Part shown: piece by piece, positions 33,880 through 39,064 of the stretch
Layout: the number at the start of each line of letters is the position of its first letter
Position numbering within the stretch: position 1 is the stretch's first letter
The notes under the pieces: model-generated
Database searches by the model: none
Told to the model about the DNA's origin: nothing
Seen by the model: only the letters and a program-made list of their open reading frames with translations
From: Octopus bimaculoides
Lineage: Eukaryota
Length of the DNA: 39,064 nt
Direction of reading: 5' to 3'
Assembly: GCF_001194135.2 (NCBI RefSeq)
Contig: NC_068998.1
Location: forward strand, 37,441,222-37,480,285
Position numbers and translations under genes: made by a program

Positions 33880-34100
33880 ACCTTATATATAAGTGACATG
33901 TGGACCCGACCACAACGGCAGCAAAGGAATTTGGGGTTTAGTAATGCCATGTTATAGTTTTCTTTCCAATCTTTTGTTCTCAAGATCAGATCTGTGTGAA
34001 TCACGTAAAAGGAGATAGACTGGTGAATGGTGTCTTCCAGACCTTGCTGTCGAGGGATAAAATTAGCTACAGGAAGTCAGTTTGAATTGAAAAGTTTTCA
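33880..34100 (-). pseudogene. Possible RTE LINE extreme 3' coding remnant
   Basis: LDSKVWK / TIHQSISFY ... PKFLCCRCGRVHMSLI resembles the RTE terminal DRxxWR...CxxCGRxCxSxIG motif; highly degenerate. Confidence 0.35.
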
Positions 34101-34867
34101 TCGCTCATCAAGAAGACTAGAACACTGTCTTATTCACCATCGGTGAAATGAAATTGAAGCCAGTTGAATAGTTTAATATGTCATAAAGCATCTCCTTAGA
34201 TCGACACAGAATTTGACAAAAGTTCGACAAATGTGAACTACACATTCGACATTCTGTAGAAAAGTTTGAAACGAAAAGCAAGAGCGGAAAGGTACAAGAG
34301 CCAGCGTGTATAGAGCCGTTGTACAGACCATCCTCCAAGTTGCAGTTTACTTACTCTCACCACTGTGGTTCCTTAACCACTTCCACACCATATCCCCTGG
34401 GGAAAATTTATAATCACCATCGAAGTTTTGGAACAAATGGGTGTTTTGCTAATAACAACAATTTGTTCCAAGACTTCAATGCCATACCGTTGACACAGCC
34501 ACGCTAGATGGAACACGCAACCAGGATAGAGGATTATTGTTTGTCCAAGGTGGTGCTTGGTGGCGAGCAATCTTTGACTGAGAGGTACTGATGAGGTATA
34601 TGAGCTTTCTGAAGAAACCCCATGGTACCTAGCACATTATATATGGTGCCAATCTCTTCTTTAATCATTTGTGGTCAAATATATCCATTCAAAATAATCA
34701 GTTAAATTAATTTTAAAATGATGTAGCAACGATGATACTTCATCAAATAGACATTAGAAGTGTGACAAAGAAGTTAAGATGAGGTCGACAAAAATGTATC
34801 AGCTACAATAAGCAAAGGTAGCTGCTTACTTCACACTATGTGTGCGTATGCATGTGCCTGTTTGTGG

Positions 34868-34928
<61 letters not shown>

Positions 34929-34932
34929 TATA

Positions 34933-35320
34933 CGAGCTCTGATCAATAAGTATTCGGACTGTTGCCATAGTAACGAAGCTAAAGCACGCAGAGTGAAACC
35001 GCTGGGTAAAGAGTGACCTTGAACTCTGTTGTGCATGCGCGCTAAGTTTTAACGTTCTAGCTCACTTCCGCTGTTTACAGCATTGCTTGGAAGGAAGGTG
35101 TGTAGCGTGTGATTGTCACATTCACCATGACAGAGAAAGTTGTCATGGTGATACCTGCTCAGAGACCTATGCATAGTTGCAGAAAGTGTACGGAGAGGAG
35201 CGTATGAGCTGCACATAAGTGTACGAGTGATTCATGCGTATCCAAGATGGCCGAAATAAAGTCGATATTGACCAAAGTTTTGGGAGACGCGCAACCAGCA
35301 GAACTGAGAAAAACATTGCA
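34933..35320 (+). mobile_element. Mariner transposon, 5' TIR and truncated transposase HTH
   Basis: TA|CGAGCTCTGATCAATAAGTATTCGGAC; from ATG 35127 MTEKV..GDTCSETYA*LQKVYGEERMSCT*VYE*FMRIQDGR...GRRATSRTEKNIA. Confidence 0.85.
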
Positions 35321-36164
35321 TAGATATATATTTTTATGCATGTACATACATACATACATACATAGGTATACATATAGAATACACATCAAAAACACATTAG
35401 TCGAGAAGGTTTTGGCCGAAAGACAAATTAAAAGAAAATATATTTGTCGATACCAAAGCTTAACATCGTTTTTTTTTCTTTAAGTGACAGAAGAGAACTT
35501 GGTATTTTAAAGGAAGTATATTTTAAAATTAAACTTAGGCTATAAGTAAAATGTCGATAGAAAAACAAAGATTCCAAATTTTCACTGACAATTTTTAAGC
35601 AGCTCATCATTTTAAAGTAATAAACGAAATCAGTTTGAAATGTAATATATTTTTAATTATTTAAAAAATAATAAACTATATATTTCAGTGTGAATGTGGG
35701 AAGGAAAGGGATTCGTAACGATTCATAACGCAACAAACGCCTATACTTATATTTGTTTCTCAACCCTTATTTATTTTAAAGGATATGGACATTGAAATTG
35801 CTCAGAAATTACACAGAACGGCCACCTACTTTTTACTACCATACGTGCAAAGCTCAAGTTAGAAACCTCCAGTGACTTTCACCAACTGTCCCTCGTCGCT
35901 ATCACTTCATCGTCGGAGGATTTGATTTGTCCTTATGTTGTCACTATGGGTTTGTTTAAAGTGTAATTTAATTGTACTGGACAAACCCAACTTTCTCCAG
36001 CTAGAATGCAGAGCTTGTAGTGGTACACTGTGTGGCAATAGTCAAATGCAGACCAGGTCGCATATCAAGTATTGATCCACCAATAGGTTGAGGAAAGGTG
36101 GCTATACATATACAAAGAATATAAAAATATATAAACATTATACACATATATACACATTACACAC

Positions 36165-36215
<51 letters not shown>

Positions 36216-36224
36216 CTTTTAACT

Positions 36225-36661
36225 TTTATTTTTTACTTATTTCATTCATTAGATTGCAGCCATGCTGGAACGACGCTTAGAAGGATTTTAGTCGGACAAA
36301 TCGTCGCCAGAACTTCTTTTTAAGCCCTATTTNNNNNNNNNNNNNNNNNNNNNNNNNNNNNNNNNNNNNNNNNNNNNNNNNNNNNNNNNNNNNNNNNNNN
36401 NNNNNNNNNNNNNNNNNNNNNNNNNNNNNNNNNNNNNNNNNNNNNNNNNNNNNNNNNNNNNNNNNNNNNNNNNNNNNNNNNNNNNNNNNNNNNNNNNNNN
36501 NNNNNNNNNNNNNNNNNNNNNNNNNNNNNNNNNNNNNNNNNNNNNNNNNNNNNNNNNNNNNNNNNNNNNNNNNNNNNNNNNNNNNNNNNNNNNNNNNNNN
36601 NNNNNNNNNNNNNNNNNNNNNNNNNNNNNNNNNNNNNNNNNATATATATATATATATATAC

Positions 36662-36708
<47 letters not shown>

Positions 36709-36885
36709 CATGTATGTATGTACTTATGCGAAGGGCTTCCCTTGTTTATGTCAACGAAATCTAATTAACAAGCCATTATTTGACCCGGGTCTATAGTAGA
36801 AGACTTACTCAAGGTGCCGAGCAGTGTGACAGAACACAAAACGCATGGTTGCAAAGTGTGTTTCTTTAACCACGCCTGCACCTAA
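36225..36885 (-). mobile_element. SINE family 1 spanning a gap in its internal microsatellite
   Basis: 3' end at 36225-36332 (cagccatgctggaacg...ttagtcggacaaatcg) and head at 36760-36885 (ctatagtagaagac...aaggtgcc...accacgcctgcacct). Confidence 0.65.
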
Positions 36886-37194
36886 TATCTCTATAGCTAC
36901 GTGGATCAAAGTGTCCTGACATTCTAAGATGGGCAGCTTTGCAGATTCCGGAGATTTGACTGGCTTTTCTTGCAGGCTCTTCGACAGGAAAAAGTCTCCA
37001 TTTTTATCTCGAGTTTTTTTTCATTTTATTGTCCTTAATTGTTAACATCTGACCTGACATGAAGGAGGAAACTTATTATCAGGTTCCAACCTTGGCAATC
37101 ACTTTTATTTTCGATGGGGTTCTTTCAGTGTGATGTGTACGTACAGTTGCACAGTAGTGTGCTGGTATGTATACATATATTTGTCGGTTCGTAT

Positions 37195-37324
37195 ATAAAT
37201 ACACACACACACACACATATACATACGCTCTGAAATACGCAATAAGCATACGTAAATGGATACATATATATTTGTGTGTGTGTGTGTGTGTGTGTGTGTT
37301 ATCGTGTGTCGGTGTGTGTATATG

Positions 37325-37356
<32 letters not shown>

Positions 37357-38068
37357 CGTATATATGTATGCATGTGTGCATGTATGTGTGTATGTATGTA
37401 TAGGGATATATATANNNNNNNNNNNNNNNNNNNNNNNNNNNNNNNNNNNNNNNNNNNNNNNNNNNNNNNNNNNNNNNNNNNNNNNNNNNNNNNNNNNNNN
37501 NNNNNNNNNNNNNNNNNNNNNNNNNNNNNNNNNNNNNNNNNNNNNNNNNNNNNNNNNNNNNNNNNNNNNNNNNNNNNNNNNNNNNNNNNNNNNNNNNNNN
37601 NNNNNNNNNNNNNNNNNNNNNNNNNNNNNNNNNNNNNNNNNNNNNNNNNNNNNNNNNNNNNNNNNNNNNNNNNNNNNNNNNNNNNNNNNNNNNNNNNNNN
37701 NNNNNNNNNNNNNNNNNNNNNNNNNNNNNNNNNNNNNNNNNNNNNNNNNNNNNNNNNNNNNNNNNNNNNNNNNNNNNNNNNNNNNNNNNNNNNNNNNNNN
37801 NNNNNNNNNNNNNNNNNNNNNNNNNNNNNNNNNNNNNNNNNNNNNNNNNNNNNNNNNNNNNNNNNNNNNNNNNNNNNNNNNNNNNNNNNNNNNNNNNNNN
37901 NNNNNNNNNNNNNNNNNNNNNNNNNNNNNNNNNNNNNNNNNNNNNNNNNNNNNNNNNNNNNNNNNNNNNNNNNNNNNNNNNNNNNNNNNNNNNNNNNNNN
38001 NNNNNNNNNNNNNNNNNNNNNNNNNNNNNNNNNGTGTGTGTGTTATCGTGTGTCGGTGTGTGTATATG

Positions 38069-38121
<53 letters not shown>

Positions 38122-38399
38122 GCATATATATATATATATATATACATAAATATACATACACGTATGTGTATGTGTTTGTATCTATGTATATATGTGTTTG
38201 CGTGTGTGTGTGCACGTATGTGTGTATGTATATACGTATACATATGGGTATGTGTAAGTATATATATATATATGTATATATGGGTGAATAATATTTATGC
38301 ATACCCTTATATTCATACATGCATACCTGTATCCCTAAACGTATGCATACATATTTGCGTAGGCATCCATGCGTTTATATATATGCACATATATATATG

Positions 38400-38437
<38 letters not shown>

Positions 38438-38470
38438 NNNNNNNNNNACATACATATTTTATATACATAT
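37195..38470. repeat. Extended degenerate (TG)/(TA)/(TATG) low-complexity block with gaps
   Basis: Direct reading. Confidence 0.9.
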
Positions 38471-39064
38471 ATATGCATATTACACATGTGCAAAAGAGGC
38501 AAGACTATATCAGAGTAAATTGCATTGGAATATGAGAAAAAAGAACATGGATAGGATTTTATAAAAGATGAAAGCGAGAAGCTATTATTTGTGAGTTACT
38601 ATAAAATAGAGCCGTGAATTCACTTAACGAGTGTTACATACACACACATGTATAGAGACACACAAACTCGATCATACTTGTGCAATCACACAAGCACGTA
38701 TATANNNNNNNNNNGTGTGTGAGTATGTGTATGTATGTATGTATGTGTGTGTGTATGTATATCTTTACAAAACTTCACATGCATTCATACTAAGACACAT
38801 GAAAACTGTTGCTAAGCATTTCAAAAGCGTTTGAATATAACGATTGCAATTTTTGCGCATTGATATTCACACACACAAACACAAAATCACGCGGGCGCAC
38901 ACACACACACACACACATGCACAAATATAGTCACATGCACTGAAATACATCCCCAAACTAGAAGGCGATTACATACAATGTTGTATAGACATAAAAACAT
39001 AACCACTGTACGTAAGTATACATGTGTAAAGTGTAAATTTATGTATAAATATACATATATATAT

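Noticed and set aside
34110-34600. Tc1-like DDE motifs on the plus strand (VLFT.GE, FQDFNA)
   Set aside because: Motifs are very degenerate, the spacing looks too long, and the opposite strand gives an equally weak RTE-like reading.
340-39064. Long ORFs in the track rich in X, YI, CV, HT or LSIY
   Set aside because: They stay open only because N-runs and di- or tetranucleotide repeats lack stop codons; they are not genes.

Overview
AT-rich, microsatellite-dense eukaryotic genomic DNA with 13 N-gaps. The SINE families and assembly style suggest an octopus genome (inference). No complete host gene is supported; there is one weak candidate exon (10706-10893, minus). The long ORFs in the track are artefacts of N-runs and simple repeats. 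The informative content is transposable elements: four tRNA-derived SINE families (many copies, several nested, with visible target-site duplications); a minus-strand array of R4/Dong-type restriction-endonuclease LINE fragments joined through (TAA)n tracts (17.7-20.8 kb); two Penelope-like remnants; a mini Penelope-type terminus with a degenerate hammerhead ribozyme; and RTE, mariner, pogo/Tigger, FLYWCH and Helitron-like fragments. The most notable object is a ~2.3 kb element (29583-31857). It has a promoter-like 5' end, a single ORF1-like frame and no visible ORF2. It sits in the anticodon-loop region of a tRNA-derived SINE with a 16-bp target-site duplication, is itself interrupted by another SINE, and ends in a hairpin and tail resembling those of that SINE family.
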